DNA of 64,000 nucleotides from the NCBI RefSeq assembly GCF_039654945.1, contig NW_027361838.1, positions 21,328,001 through 21,392,000 of the forward strand. Reading direction: 5' to 3'. Position numbers and translations under genes: made by a program. This document shows positions 21,958 through 34,735 of the stretch, one piece after another (position 1 is the first letter of the stretch; every line of letters starts with the position of its first letter). The stretch is from Dendrobates tinctorius. Lineage: Eukaryota. The notes under the pieces were generated by a model. It worked only from the letters and a program-made list of their open reading frames with translations. It had not been told where the DNA came from and did not search any database.

Positions 21958-22469
21958 CTTTAACATCAGGATCATCTATGTGCGGCTCCAGGTTTTCAAT
22001 CATCTCCTCCAGCTCTTTTCTGGTAGCCATAGCTATATTGGGAGAGCCGGGGGATGACACCTTGACTCCTGCCTTATCTGGGCTGTGTGCTTCAGCTTGT
22101 GAATGCCTAAGTTCCAGATCTATATCGATTTCAGGAATTGGAGTCCTCCAGTAATGGAACGAATTGAATAGCTCTTGCTCAGTAACAAGCCTCTCCTGAG
22201 ATTGCAAATCTAAAGCTTTCGATGCTTCTGCATCTGGAGAACATTGTTCAAAAGAGTCAACTGAATTCTCCAAAGTGCAATGTGGAAGAAAGTCTACAGA
22301 GTGATTGGTGACCCTAAAGATTTCATCGGAAGCCAGATCATCATCCAAATTGGTGTCTAGCTTCACAGTGAAGGTAAGAGGGCTGTGGTCTGTTTCAGAC
22401 CCATGTGTTGCGGCTGCATCTTCTGGGGTAGCACTCTCCGTATCTTTCAGAAGACAACTGCTCGAGGTT
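21958..22469 (-). CDS. PPP4R1: PPP4R1 large coding exon (about exon 11), ..QELFNSFHYWRTPIPEIDIDLEL..SPNIAMATRKELEEMIENLEPHIDDPDVK
   Basis: Frame open from the acceptor (cttttagcag|, alternative start 22472) to the |GTAATC donor; conserved PPP4R1 blocks flank a divergent linker. Confidence 0.93.
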
Positions 22470-22560
22470 CTGCTAAAAGAAATACAGGGATAGCAGCATT
22501 TGACACGGAGGGAGCGAAGGGAAACAAAGTAATATTGCTGAGAAACATTATATTCTTCTT

Positions 22561-23073
22561 TATGCTAATGATTCCGTACCGCAGCCTGAAGGAAATCCCT
22601 TCCTCCTGTCTTCATTATAATACTACCCTCCCTCCCATTAACTTCAGTTATGGCCCCAGAATCCTGTGCCCTGCACTCCCCCTCCACAATATGTACCTCT
22701 TCCTCCCTTCTGTGGGCACTGCATTCAGGGATCTTCTGCGTAGGCGAGTCAATGACCTGCGGGGCATGCGCGCCAACAAGGTGCTCTCCCCACTTCCTCC
22801 TTGCATAATCATCGCTAGGAACCATGTGTACATAGCGATGACAATGCAAGGAGGAAGTGGGGAGAGCACCTTGTCAGTACGCATGCCAGAGGTCACTGGA
22901 GCAGATGTCGCTGAATGCAGTGCCCACAGAAGGGAGGATTAGAATATTTATAAGGGCGTAGGACTTCGGAACCACAACTGACGTGCATGGGAGGTAGTAT
23001 TACAATGAGGACAGGAGGCAGGGATTTCTTCCACGCACAGCATGGCCCGGAGCCAGGAAGAAATCATTAGCAT
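22561..23073. mobile_element. Palindromic MITE remnant
   Basis: atgctaatgatt..aatcattagcat arms with further internal inverted blocks; related sequence at about 58500-58905. Confidence 0.65.
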
Positions 23074-23153
23074 CCTTTAATATCAAAACATATAACTATG
23101 TACATTTAACGTCAATCTGTACCACCTTGCACACAAAGAACAGAAGGACATAC

Positions 23154-23287
23154 CTCTCACTGACTTCATCTGGTTTTACATCCTCTGCGGTTTTACATTC
23201 TTCTTCCTTAAAGTATTGACCAGAACTTGATGGATTTGCAAAAGTAGAAATAAAAGGCCCAAGAGATTGAAAGGCAGCTTGGCGTAC
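23154..23287 (-). CDS. PPP4R1: PPP4R1 coding exon (about exon 10), VRQAAFQSLGPFISTFANPSSSGQYFKEEECKTAEDVKPDEVSE
   Basis: 134 nt read manually; ttttaatatag| acceptor, |GTATGT donor, phase 0 to 2. Confidence 0.95.
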
Positions 23288-23507
23288 CTATATTAAAAGA
23301 ACGCAATTTTAGTGGCACTTATTTTCTTAAGTACTTTCAATATGATTTTCACTTTTATTGCATAAATCAATAGTACATCTATTACAACACTGCATAGTAT
23401 CAAATGTAATCAGAGAAATCTTATTCCTCCTGGATTGATTGTTCCCATTCTAAATTTATGGGTAAAATCTGCACTAAGTGAAGACAGATCTTTCCATCTC
23501 CGAGATA

Positions 23508-25908
23508 CACACGTGGTCAAAATTGTTGGTACCCCTCAATGACAGAAAACCCCACAATGGTAACAGAAATAACTTGAATCTGACAAAAGTAATAATAAAT
23601 AAAAAATATATGAAAATGAACAAATGAAAGCCAGACATTGCTTTTCAACCATGCTTCCACAGAATTTTTTAAAAATAAAACTCATGAAATAGGCCTGGAG
23701 AGAAATGATGGTACCCCCTTAACGTAATATTTTGTTGCACGATCTTTTGAGGCAATCACTGCAATCAAACGATTCCTATAACTGTTAATGAGACTTCTGC
23801 ATCTCTCGACAGGTATTTTGGCCCACTCCTCAGGAGCAAACTGCTCCATTTGTCTCGTGTTTGAAGGTTGCCTTTCCCAGACGACATGTTTCAGCTCTTT
23901 CCAAAGATGCTCAATAGAATTTAGGTCAGGGCTCATAGAAGGCCACTTCAGAATGGTCCGTTTTCCTCTTAGCCATTCTTGGGTGTTTTTAGCTGTGTGT
24001 TTTGGGTCATTATCCTGATGCAAGTGTAAGGGTCGTGGCCGAGGACTCCGGCGCAACAGTGTCCTGGCCTCCCCTCACATAGACATGACAGCTTCCTGTC
24101 AGCATACCTGCAGCTCCACTCTTCTCAGGGCTTTCTGTTATGCACTGCATGTTCTCCTCAGACGATGTGGAACAAAGAGTCACAGTCCCGTTCAGCATCA
24201 CAGCATCCGCTCTGTCCAGCTTCACCGTTTTTGGGAGTTCCCCTGTCTGTTTCGCCCCAGACAAAAGGGCGTCTGCCCATGTAGAAAAGTTGCCTCATAA
24301 TGAGCGATCTGTTCTGCTGTACCGCTGCCAACTGTCTCAATACCATCTGTAGTGTAATCTTGTGCACTGCTATGTTCTGCGCTGCTGTGATCTGCACTGG
24401 TGTGGCCCTCAGTCCCTAGATGGCTGGGCCCGTGTCTTTAACGTTACGGAGCTGACTGCCCTGTGAGGGCGCTCCAGCCCAACTGATTCAAATCTCAGCT
24501 GTTCCTCAGCTTAATGGCCGTTAGCTCCTCCTACTTTATTTACAGGCTGAGTATGCGCTCCACCCCCATCTAGTGGCTTAACTGGGGTACTATGCTTTCC
24601 CTACAACTATAACCGTAGTTATACATAGCATTAACATAAATATACATTACACTTTTATCCCTTAAGGCAATACACAGAATAGTGTAGCAGTACCTATGTG
24701 ACATACACATAATGGTAATACACATGAACGTGTAGCAGTACCAGAAAAATATGACAAAGAGATAAGATAGAACAACAACATTCTCCATTCCCTTACACAA
24801 GACCCATGACCTGTGACCGAGACCAAGCTTTCTGACACTGGGAAGCACATTTCTATCTAGAATACCTTGATATAGTCTTGAGATTTCATTGCACCCTGCT
24901 CATATACTAGACATCCTGTGCCAGATGCAGCAAAGCAGCCCCAGAACATAAGAGCCTCCTCCATGTTTCACAGTAGGGACAGTGTTCTTTTGTAGACATG
25001 CTTCATTTCTCCATCTGTGAACATAGAGCTGATGTGCTTTGCCCAAAAGTTCAATTTTTGTCTCAGCTGTCCATAGGACATTCTCACAGAAGCTTTGTGG
25101 CTTGTCAACATGTAGTTTGGCAAATTCCAGTCTGGCATTCTCACAATTTTATTTCAACAATGGTGTCCTCCTTGGTCGTCTCCCATGAAATCCACTTTGG
25201 CTCATACAACAGATGGTGTGATCTGACACTGATGTTCCTTGAGCTTGAAGTTCACCTTTAATCTGTTTAGAAGTTTTTCTAGGCTCTTTTGTTACCATTC
25301 GTATTATCTGTCTCTTTGATTTGTCATCAATCTTCCTCCTGTGGCCACATCCAGGGAGGTTGGCTACAGTCCCATGGAGCTTACATTTCTAAATAATATG
25401 TCCAACTGTAGTCACAGGAACATCAAGCTGCTTGGAGATGGTCTTATAAATTTTACCTTTAACACGTTTTTCTATAATTTTCTTTCTAATCTCCTCAGAC
25501 AACTCTTTCCTTCGCTTCCTCTGGTCCATGTCGAGTGTGATACACACTATGTCACCAAACAGCACAGTGAGTATCTGTAGCCCTCTATACAGGCCCACTC
25601 ACTGATTCCAAGTTTGTAGACACCAGTGATGCTAATTAGTGAACACACCTTGACTTATCATGTCCCTTTTGTCACATTATTTTCAGGAATACCATCATTT
25701 CTGTCCAGGCCTATTTCATGAGATTTATTTATTTTTATTTTTTTTAAATTCTGTGGAAGCATGGTGGAAAAGCAATGTCTGACTTTCATTTGTTCATTTC
25801 CATAGATTTTTAATTTATTATTACTTTTGTCAGATTCAAGTTGTTTCTGTCACCATTGTGGGTTTTTCTGTCATTAAAGGAAGGTACCAACAATTTTGAC
25901 CACGTGTG
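23508..25908 (-). mobile_element. Tc1/mariner element with a solo LTR inside
   Basis: TA|cacacgtggtcaaaattgttggtacc..ggtaccaacaattttgaccacgtgtg|TA, about 200-bp TIRs; transposase remnants QDNDPKHTAK, WPSMSPDLNSIEHLW, RRKELSEEIRKKI. Confidence 0.93.
24025..24797. mobile_element. Solo LTR (773 bp)
   Basis: tgtaaggg..cccttaca termini, 4-bp TSD caag, interrupting the Tc1 transposase. Confidence 0.88.
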
Positions 25909-27009
25909 TAGAAGCACCAACTGTCATTTCCTAAGATTCTCTGTAGAGGAGAGTGAGGAGCTAGAGGCAGACAAATATTCTGCTGCAAGTATTTCTGAAA
26001 GGACTGTTACAGTTCAAAATAAAACGGTCATTTCAGGAAAAACTTGCAGCAGAGGATGTTGGTGTCTGCCCCTAGCACCTCCTTCCTCTCCATAGAATCT
26101 TATAAGCTCCAACTGGTTTTTTTTAATCTCAATAATGGGAAAAATTTGAACGCAGATTTTACCTACCGATGAACTAAGAGAAATATCAATCCAGGCTGAA
26201 GACAGGCATATTTCTCTAAATAGATATTACAAACTTGCTTATTATCATGTGTACTATAATATATATACACATACACACACACACACACACCTTATCGTGT
26301 CTGTCTGTAACCGAAATCGCGGGCCGCTGATTGGTCGCGGCCGCCAGGCCGCAACCAACCAGCGACAGGCGCAGCTGTTTGTAACGGTAAGCTGCGCCTG
26401 TCGCTGATTGAGCGCTGTCCCCGACTGGCAGTCACGAACAATCAGCCGCAGAGATTATTCCATTAAAAATATTAAAAAAAAATTAGTATCACCGACGGCC
26501 TCCAATGTCCTTTCCACCCGCCCGGCCTTGCGGTCCCAGTAAGGCTTTGTGACTTAGACCCGCGATGACATCACTCTCACGAGAGCGCAACGTTATCAGC
26601 GGTATAAGCGGCAAAGCATTACTGGGAACGCGAGGCCAGGAGCGTGGAAAGAACATCGGAGGCCGTCGGAAGGTGCCATGGGTAACAAAAACAAAAAAAC
26701 AAACATACTCACCTTCCGGCGCCCCTCAGACTATTTTCCTTCTCTCTCCAACCCGGCATCGCGGTCCCAGTAATGCTTTGCGGCTTATACCGCTGATGAC
26801 GTCCCCTCTCGCGAGGGATACGTCATCTACGGTCTTTAGAGCTAAACATTACCGACACCACGGTGCCGGCCGCGTGGAGAGGAGAGCAGGGGCGGGGGGG
26901 AATGTGACAGGAGAGCAGGGGGGGGGGGGGGGTGAGGAGAGCGGGGGCATTGCTGACTGGTCGCGGACAGAGGGCCACGATGCTGACTGGTCGCGGCTAC
27001 ACGGAAAGG

Positions 27010-27138
27010 GGGGTGGGGGGGACCATGCATACCAGGATTGGGGGGGGTGAGGATACCATGCATACCAGGATTGGGGGGGGGGGGGGGGGGGTGAGGATAC
27101 CATGCATACCAGGATTGGGGGGGGGGGGGTGAGGATAC
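27010..27138. repeat. Minisatellite, left part (about 30-bp ggggtgaggataccatgcataccaggattgg)
   Basis: Same unit as 30186-31005, separated by the CR1 insertion. Confidence 0.9.
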
Positions 27139-30100
27139 GAAGACTGGAAAGCATGTATTTGGAAGTCGCCTTGCTACACTTGTAAGGAGAGCTTTAAACT
27201 AGAACAACATGGGAAGGGAAGCAAAAGACCAGAAAAAGCCATACACCTGACAAATGCTATTGAGAACTCTGCTAATAGAAGTGGAAAGGAAGAACAAAGA
27301 CGAAAGAATCTAATTAATAAAAATATTGGAGAAAGAGAAACCAATCACAAACTAAAATGTTTCTATACTAATGCACAAAGCATGGGCAACAAACAAGGAG
27401 AATTGGAACTACTAACACAGGAAAAGAAATATGATGTCATTGGAACCACTGAAACTTGGTGGGACAATACACATGATTGGAATACAAGGCTAGAAGGATA
27501 CAACTTATTTGCAAGAAACAGACTTGATAAACGAGGAGGAGGTGTTGCATTGTATGTTAGAAACGCGTATATCTGCACAGAGATTGAAGCTTCAGAGACT
27601 GGGAGTTCTGTGGAAACTGTTTGGGTAAGAATACAAGGACAGAACAATGGAAAGGACACCATTGTAGGCATTTACTACAGGCCGCCTGTGCAAGCTGAAG
27701 ATATGGATGAACTCTTTATGCATCAAATGGCCAAGTTCTCCAAAAAATATGACATAGTTGTCATGGGAGATTTCAACTATCCAGACATTTGTTGGGAATC
27801 TCTCTCAGGCAAAACTAACAGGTCAAGGAAATTCTTATCCTCTCTTGCTGACAACTTTATCTTCCAAAAGGTAGGGGAGAAAACAAGGGGAACTGCTACC
27901 TTGGATCTAATCCTTATAAACAGGGAGGAAATGGTTGAGGAGGTAAAAGTGGCTGGAACCCTAGGAGGTAGCGACCATGCTATTTTAGAATTTTGGATAA
28001 CTAGAGGCGGAAGACCTGTGAAGACTCAGACGTCAAGGTTAGATTTCAGAAAGGCAGATTTTAAGGGATTCAGAAAGAGAATTGGAGGGATCCAATGGCT
28101 GGATATCCTTAAAGACAAAAATGTCCAGGAAGGATGGGAAATCTTGAAAAATGAAATTCTCAAAGCACAGTTGTTAACAATTCCGAAAAGAGGGAAGAAT
28201 AGGAAGCATTTAAGGAAACCAGGATGGGTGAACACAGAACTTAAGCACATGCTAAAAAGGAAGAAAAAAATGTTTATAAAATGGAAAGAGGGAGGCATAT
28301 CTAAAGAAGAATATAATGCTGTCTGCAGAATCTGCAGGGCACAAATCAGATTATCTAAAGCTGAAAATGAATTGAGGCTTGCAAGAGATGTCAAAAGCAA
28401 TAATAAAGGATTCTGGGGATATGTCAAAAGTAAAAGAAAAGTCAAAGATGCTATAGGATTTTTACAGGATGAAAATGATGAAATGGTAAGACAGGATGTT
28501 GAGAAGGCTGAACTTTTAAATTCCTATTTTGCATCTGTTTTCTCTCAGAAAGGAAATGTAACACCAACTGTTATTCACTGTCCTATTAAGGGAATAGAAG
28601 AATCCAGGATATCTATAAACAGAAAGATAGTGAGGAAACACTTAGCTAACCTAAATGAATTCAAGTCTCCAGGTCCAGATGAATTACACCCCAGAGTACT
28701 GAAGGAGATAGCAGAAGAAATTTTTGAACCCCTCTCCATAATCTTTGAAAATTCTTGGAGAACAGGAGAAGTGCCAGAAGACTGGAGAAGAGCAAATGTT
28801 GTTCCTATCTTCAAAAAGGGGAAGAAGGTGGACCCAGGCAACTATAGGCCGGTGAGTCTGACTTCTATACCAGGAAAGATCTTTGAACAAATTATTAAAC
28901 AACATGTAAGTCAATACCTGGATAAGAATGAAGTGATCAAACAGAGTCAGCATGGGTTTGTAACTAATAAGTCATGTCAGACTAACTTAATTTCCTTCTA
29001 TGACGGTATCACTGATTGGGTGGATCAAGGAAATGCTGTAGATATAGTATATCTTGACTTCAGCAAAGCATTTGACAAAGTCTCTCATACAATCCTTATT
29101 GAAAAAATGACTAAGTATGGAATGGACAAGGCAACTGTTAGGTGGATTCATAGCTGGCTTAGTGATCGGACCCAAAGAGTGGTCGTAAATGGCTGCACAT
29201 CCAGTTGGAAGAATGTCTCAAGTGGGGTACCACAGGGCTCTGTCCTGGGCCCTGTATTGTTCAACATCTTTATCAACGATTTAGATGAAGGAATTGAGGG
29301 TAAACTGATTAAATTTGCTGATGACACAAAGCTAGGAGGGATAGCTAATACTAGAGAAGAGAGAGAGAGAGGATTCAAAAAGATTTAAATAAACTGGAGA
29401 AGTGGGCAGTAACTAACAGAATGGTTTTTAACAGGGAGAAATGCAAAGTACTACATCTGGGCAATAAAAATGAAAAAAGCATATATAGAATGGGAGGAAT
29501 AGGGCTAAGTGACAGCACATGTGAAAAAGACTTGGGTATACTAATAGATCACAGACTGAATATGAGTCAACAGTGTGATGCAGCAGCAAAAAAGGCAAAT
29601 GCAGTTCTAGGATGTATTAACAGAAGCATACAGTCTAGATCACGTGAAGTCATTATTTCCCTCTACTCCTCTTTGGTCAGACCTCATCTGGAATAGTGTG
29701 TCCAGTTTTGGGCACCACATTTTAAAAAAGACATCAACAAACTGGAGCAAGTTCAGAAAAGAGCGACCAGAATGGTGACCGGTCTGCAAACCCTGTCTTA
29801 TGAGGAAAGGTTGCAGGATTTGGGAATGTTTAGTTTGCAAAAGAGAAGACTGAGAGGAGACTTAATTGCTGTCTACAAATATCTAAAGGGCTGTCACATT
29901 GTAGAAGGATCAACTTTATTCTCATTTGCACAAGGAAAGACTAGAAGCAATGGGATGAAACTGAATGGGAGGAGACACAGATTAGATATTAGAAAAAACT
30001 TTTTGACAGTTAGAGTGATCAATGAGTGGAACAGGCTGCCACGAGAAGTGGTGAGTTCTCCTTCAATGGAAGTCTTCAAACAGAGGCTGGACAGACATCT

Positions 30101-30185
30101 GACTGGGATGATTTAGCGAATCCTGCTTTGAGCAGGGGGTTGGACCAGATGGCCCAGGAGGTCCCTTCCAACTCTACGATTCTAT
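27139..30185 (+). mobile_element. 5'-truncated CR1 LINE
   Basis: ORF1 tail ..[21 protein letters not shown]2 with APE and RT, 3' tail tctacgattctatgat, likely TSD gatac. Confidence 0.95.
27193..30116 (+). pseudogene. CR1 ORF2 (APE endonuclease plus RT), broken by a frameshift in a (GA)n run near 29360 and a stop at 29694
   Basis: [26 protein letters not shown]; [25 protein letters not shown]; the C-terminus continues in 29421-29696 and 29772-30116. Confidence 0.93.
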
Positions 30186-31005
30186 GATACCATGCATACC
30201 AGGATTGGGGGGGTGAGGATACCATGCATACCAGGATTGGGGGGGTGAGGATACCATGCATACCAGGATTGGGGGGGTGAGGATACCATGCATACCAGGA
30301 TTGGGGGGGGTGAGGATACCATGCATACCAGGATTGGGGGGGGTGAGGATACCATGCATACCAGGATTGGGGGGGGGTGAGGATACCATGCATACCAGGA
30401 TTGGGGGGGTGAGGGGACCATGCATACCAGGATTGGGGGGTGAGGGGACCATGCATACCAGGATTGGGGGGGGTGAGGGGACCATGCATACCAGGATTGG
30501 GGGGTGAGGGGACCATGCATACCAAGAAAGGGGGGGTGAGGATACCATGCATACCAGGATTGGGGGGTGAGGGGACCATGCATACCAGGATTGGGGGGGT
30601 GAGGGGACCATGCATACCAGGATTGGGGGGGTGAGGGGACCATGCATACCAGGTAAGGGGGGTGAGGGGACCATGCATACCAGGTAAGGGGGGTGAGGGG
30701 ACCATGCATACCAGGTAAGGGGGGTGAGGGGACCATGCATACCAGGTAAGGGGGGTGAGGGGACCATGCATACCAGGATTGGGGGGTGAGGGGACCATGC
30801 ATACCAGGATAGGGGGGTGAGGGGACCATGCATACCAGGATTGGGGGGAGAGGGGACCATGCATACCCCGAAAGGGGGGGTAAGAGGACCATGCATACCA
30901 GGAAAGAGGGGTGAGAGGACCATGCATACCAGGATTGGTTGGTGAGAGGACCATGCATATCAGGATTGGGGGTGAGAGAACCATACATATCAGGACTGGG
31001 GGGTG
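30186..31005. repeat. Minisatellite, about 27 copies of a 29-32-bp G-rich unit
   Basis: gag(gat/ggg)accatgcataccagg(att/taa)gggggggt repeated, with blocks of variant units. Confidence 0.97.
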
Positions 31006-31523
31006 CATTATTATTTAATCTTCAAAAATAAACTGCATATATATTCTAGAATACCCGATGCGTTATAATCGGGCCACCATCTAGTTGATTAAATAATTGA
31101 AACAATGGTTATTCTTTAAGTATCTCTACATTTGGGCATAAATGTAGACACTATGTAATTACCATATGGACTGTTACCCAGTCGTCTACTGCACATGTAT
31201 TCCATCATCCGTGCAAGACCTTAAGGGTCTATAAAAATAGTCTCTGGTCGCAGAGCTTGCATCATTCTAAACAGGTTAGAAACAATGGCCAGCGATTAGG
31301 TGATGTGTTCGCACGATGTGTAGTCACATCAGAAAACAGAGGGAACAAAAAAAAAAAAAAGTACTGAGCACTGTAGAGGATAAGGCAGGGCATCAAAGTA
31401 TAATGAAAGTGTAGTTATTTTCGATTTAGTGCCAAATACTTATAGAATTCTGTGTCTATGCAACACTTTCAGGTTATTTTAAACTACTTTTTTAGCGTAG
31501 AGATTCCTTTTTGTTTAATACAA

Positions 31524-32079
31524 TTAAATGGATCCAGTCACCAGATTTTCCCTATGTAAACTGCATCCATCATCACTCTGCTGTCTAATAGCACTTCTGT
31601 AATCCCTTAATACCTAAGAAAATGCCTTTTAGAATTGCTCACCTTCAAAAGCTATTTGTCCATGAGCAGTCCAATTGGTGTCTCCAAACTGTGCTCAGCA
31701 CATAGTCTGTACCCGCAATAGCTTTTTATCTAGCCTTGACTGGTGTGGCTGACGTCATCCCCAGTGCCTGCTGTGCATGTGTTGCTCCTTTCTGTGGAGG
31801 CGTGGAAAATGGACAGATTGGGGATGATGCAGGAGATATCAGCCACTTCAATCAAGGCTGGTGAGACAGCGATTGCAGGGACAGGGGAGGCATTGAGCAC
31901 GGTCTAGAGAAACCATTCGGCGCTGATTAGCATTTGGAGTGGCACAATTATAAAGACATTTTCTTAGGTACACAAGGAAGCTATAATCTAATGAAGAGGT
32001 TGTGGGAGTGCTATTGAAGATCATTGAAAGGTGGTGGACACAATTTATTAATGGAAAATCAGGTGACAGGTTCCCTTTC
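31524..32079. mobile_element. Degenerate T2/Kolobok-like MITE
   Basis: ttaaatggatccagtcaccagattttcc..ggaaaatcaggtgacaggttcccttt with inverted internal arms. Confidence 0.6.
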
Positions 32080-32142
32080 AGATTAAAAAAAAAAAAAAAG
32101 AGGACCGTCAGAGGTGTTCAAAATGCAAACCACTAAACTTAC

Positions 32143-32301
32143 CCATCTAGATGGGTCACTTATTAAGTTAATAAAGAGGGCAGAGAGCCTAGTCCGACGA
32201 AGCTCTTGGGATGTCGCACATGACACAGCCATGAAACACTCGGCACAGGCTTTCCGTACACCCCATACATTGTCTGAGCACAGCTGGAAAAAGCGAGGTA
32301 A
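32143..32301 (-). CDS. PPP4R1: PPP4R1 coding exon (about exon 9), LPRFFQLCSDNVWGVRKACAECFMAVSCATSQELRRTRLSALFINLISDPSRW
   Basis: 159 nt, ttttccag| acceptor, |GTAAG donor, phase 0/0. Confidence 0.96.
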
Positions 32302-32380
32302 CTGGAAAAGAGAAAAAATAAGATGTGTTACACAGTTACATAACCTATAGTCACAACCATACAACTATTATCGCACTCAC

Positions 32381-32446
32381 CAGCATCTTCTCGGTGGCTT
32401 CTTGGCCAACAACACTGCAGATATCACCAAAATTGGCTGCACAAAC
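32381..32446 (-). CDS. PPP4R1: PPP4R1 coding exon (about exon 8), VCAANFGDICSVVGQEATEKML
   Basis: 66 nt, not in the ORF track and read manually; ttattaag| acceptor, |GTGAGT donor; followed by a 79-nt intron. Confidence 0.95.
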
Positions 32447-32943
32447 CTTAATAAGGAAAAGGTACATGTTCAAAAACATTTAGCTTGTGTCTACAACAAA
32501 TTGGTTTAATTAGAGTATCGGATCTCCTATCATTTTGCTTCTGGACCAACAGATTTCATTCTCCAATGCATCAAAAGATTGCAGCCAGGCACCAATGACC
32601 AAAATGCAGGTAAATGGCTGAATTGTCACACACCTGGATACCTCCCAAATTTTGTATAGGCAGCTCCCTTACCTGTAAGGGCTGAATCCTAACTGGAACA
32701 TTACAGTAAGACTACCTGTTATGCCAATGTATTACTACCTTATTAAACAGATTTCCTCAGGTCCTAAATTGAACAAAACAGGTATTCACAGTGGTATTAG
32801 GGAGATGCCTCTCCTTGTAAGGCTGTGTTACATGGGACAGAATCACGCCAACTAAAACAAATTTTACTTGTGCCATATGCCAAACACAGAAAAAACACTG
32901 AAATGTGCAAAAACGAGCAAGAGTGAAAGAGGCGAGAACATAC

Positions 32944-33051
32944 CTTACGGACATGAAACATTCTGCAGTCACAACACATTTCACAAAACCGGGGAAGTAT
33001 CAGCCTCTCGGTTATATCTTTACCCACCATTGAGGCCATTTTGCACATTAT
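32944..33051 (-). CDS. PPP4R1: PPP4R1 coding exon (about exon 7), IMCKMASMVGKDITERLILPRFCEMCCDCRMFHVRK
   Basis: 108 nt, ctccatag| acceptor, |GTATG donor, phase 0/0. Confidence 0.96.
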
Positions 33052-34735
33052 CTATGGAGGAAATGATACAAAACATGGATTACAAAACACCACATAATTC
33101 TCTCTCTATAAAATATATATATTATACATATTATACATAAAAACAGCAATGGATACATTCTTCCATTCACCCACTACTTTTAATGAGACAGTTGGTGAGG
33201 ATGTACAGTGCATATCCAAAATATACGGTATTTTGTTTTTCTAGATTTCCAGTTGTGCAGGAAGGAAAGGATAGATGGACTCCAGACTAAGGTAAAATAG
33301 CAGTTAAACAGCTTTAAAAGCTGGATAAGAAAAATATGGTGCAGAACAAAATCTGTCCCCACAATTTGTGAATCTTCAGGTTACATTTGCGTAAACGTAC
33401 TGCCAGTTTTCACATTATGCAGCAAGGTCTCACGCTGTGACGTCCGTAAGGTTACTGCAATTTAGCGTCTGTGATAAACTTACTGACATCACCCTTTGTC
33501 ACAGCAGCCGGGTTGTTGCACTACGCAGAGCGAGACCTGGCAGTGACTGCAGCTTCAGTCTACGGAGACTAGATGAAGATTGGGATAATGTGGAACCTCC
33601 ATATGGACTTTGACCGACCACTATGACTTTTTTTTGGGAGGTAATAAATGGGTAAAAGTGAATGTTAGGGATTCTGTGTGAGATTATTCCCTTTCACGGG
33701 GTTAGTAATGGGGGTGTCTGGACAGACGTCTATCCATTACTAAACCTGTGCTTGATGTCAGCGGACATTACACATCTAACATCAACCCCAAAACCATTTG
33801 CCCGCTTACCAATGCACCAGGGCAATCAGGAAGAGACAAGGCTAAGCACCAAAATTGGTGCATCTATTGGATGCATCATTTCTGGGGCGGCTGAGGGCTG
33901 GTCTTATTAGGCTGGGAAAGGGCCACTATCCATGAACCTTCCCAGCCTATTAACTTCAGCCCGCATCTGACTGCTTAGCCTTTGCTGGCTATTAAAAAAA
34001 TAGAGGGGACCCCAAGTCTTTAAAAAAAACAAACAAAAAAAAAAAAAGCGCAGAGCAGCACAGAATTATTGAACATTAGTCAGAGTGCAATTCGATTTTT
34101 TTTTTTAATCCGATTGAATTCATCCTATTGAAACGCATATGAGAACAAGCCCTTACAAAGGGACTGTCAGCACCGAATGACTGCTCTAACCAAGTACTCA
34201 GTGCATCGTCGTGGGGACAATCATTTAAATACACTTTCCCCCTGCTTGTTTTCCCTCAATCTCCACCCCCTCATCTTTGACTGACAGCTCTGGCTTCATA
34301 GAGTCAGTGTAGGGTGGAGATAGATGGAAAACAAGCAAGTGGGAAGGTGCATGTAAATGTTTGGCCCAGCCATGATGCACTGGGCGCCTGTACTTGGTTT
34401 GAACAGTCATTCTCTGCTGACAGGGTTCCTTTAATAGGTATGCGTCTGGCGAAAAATGTGGGTGCATAGCAGGCTGCCAGTGTCGGGGAGGGATTACAGC
34501 AGCGTTCATTGTGTAGGGAAGCAGTGGCTGTAGCTGCTCCCTGCATTGCCCTGATAGCTGGAAGCAAGTGGCTACAGGAAAGATTAAACTTACTTTTCTC
34601 CCTGTCACTTCAGTAAGGTAGCCAAATAGGTTATAAACACTATTTACCTGCAGATTAACCAGATATCTGTAGATAAATTACAGTTATTGGAGGAGGCAGG
34701 TTCTCTTTAAAAATGGAACCATTTAAATACACCTA

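Larger units (their letters stand above)
26250..31084 (+). mobile_element. Non-autonomous Helitron carrying a G-rich minisatellite, interrupted by CR1
   Basis: 3' hairpin cccgat-gcgttata-atcggg (31054-31073), then CTAG followed by T; the 5' boundary is approximate. Confidence 0.7.

Noticed and set aside
30076-31008. Long ORFs of 249-310 aa in three frames
   Set aside because: They are translations of the minisatellite, with no sign of a real protein.
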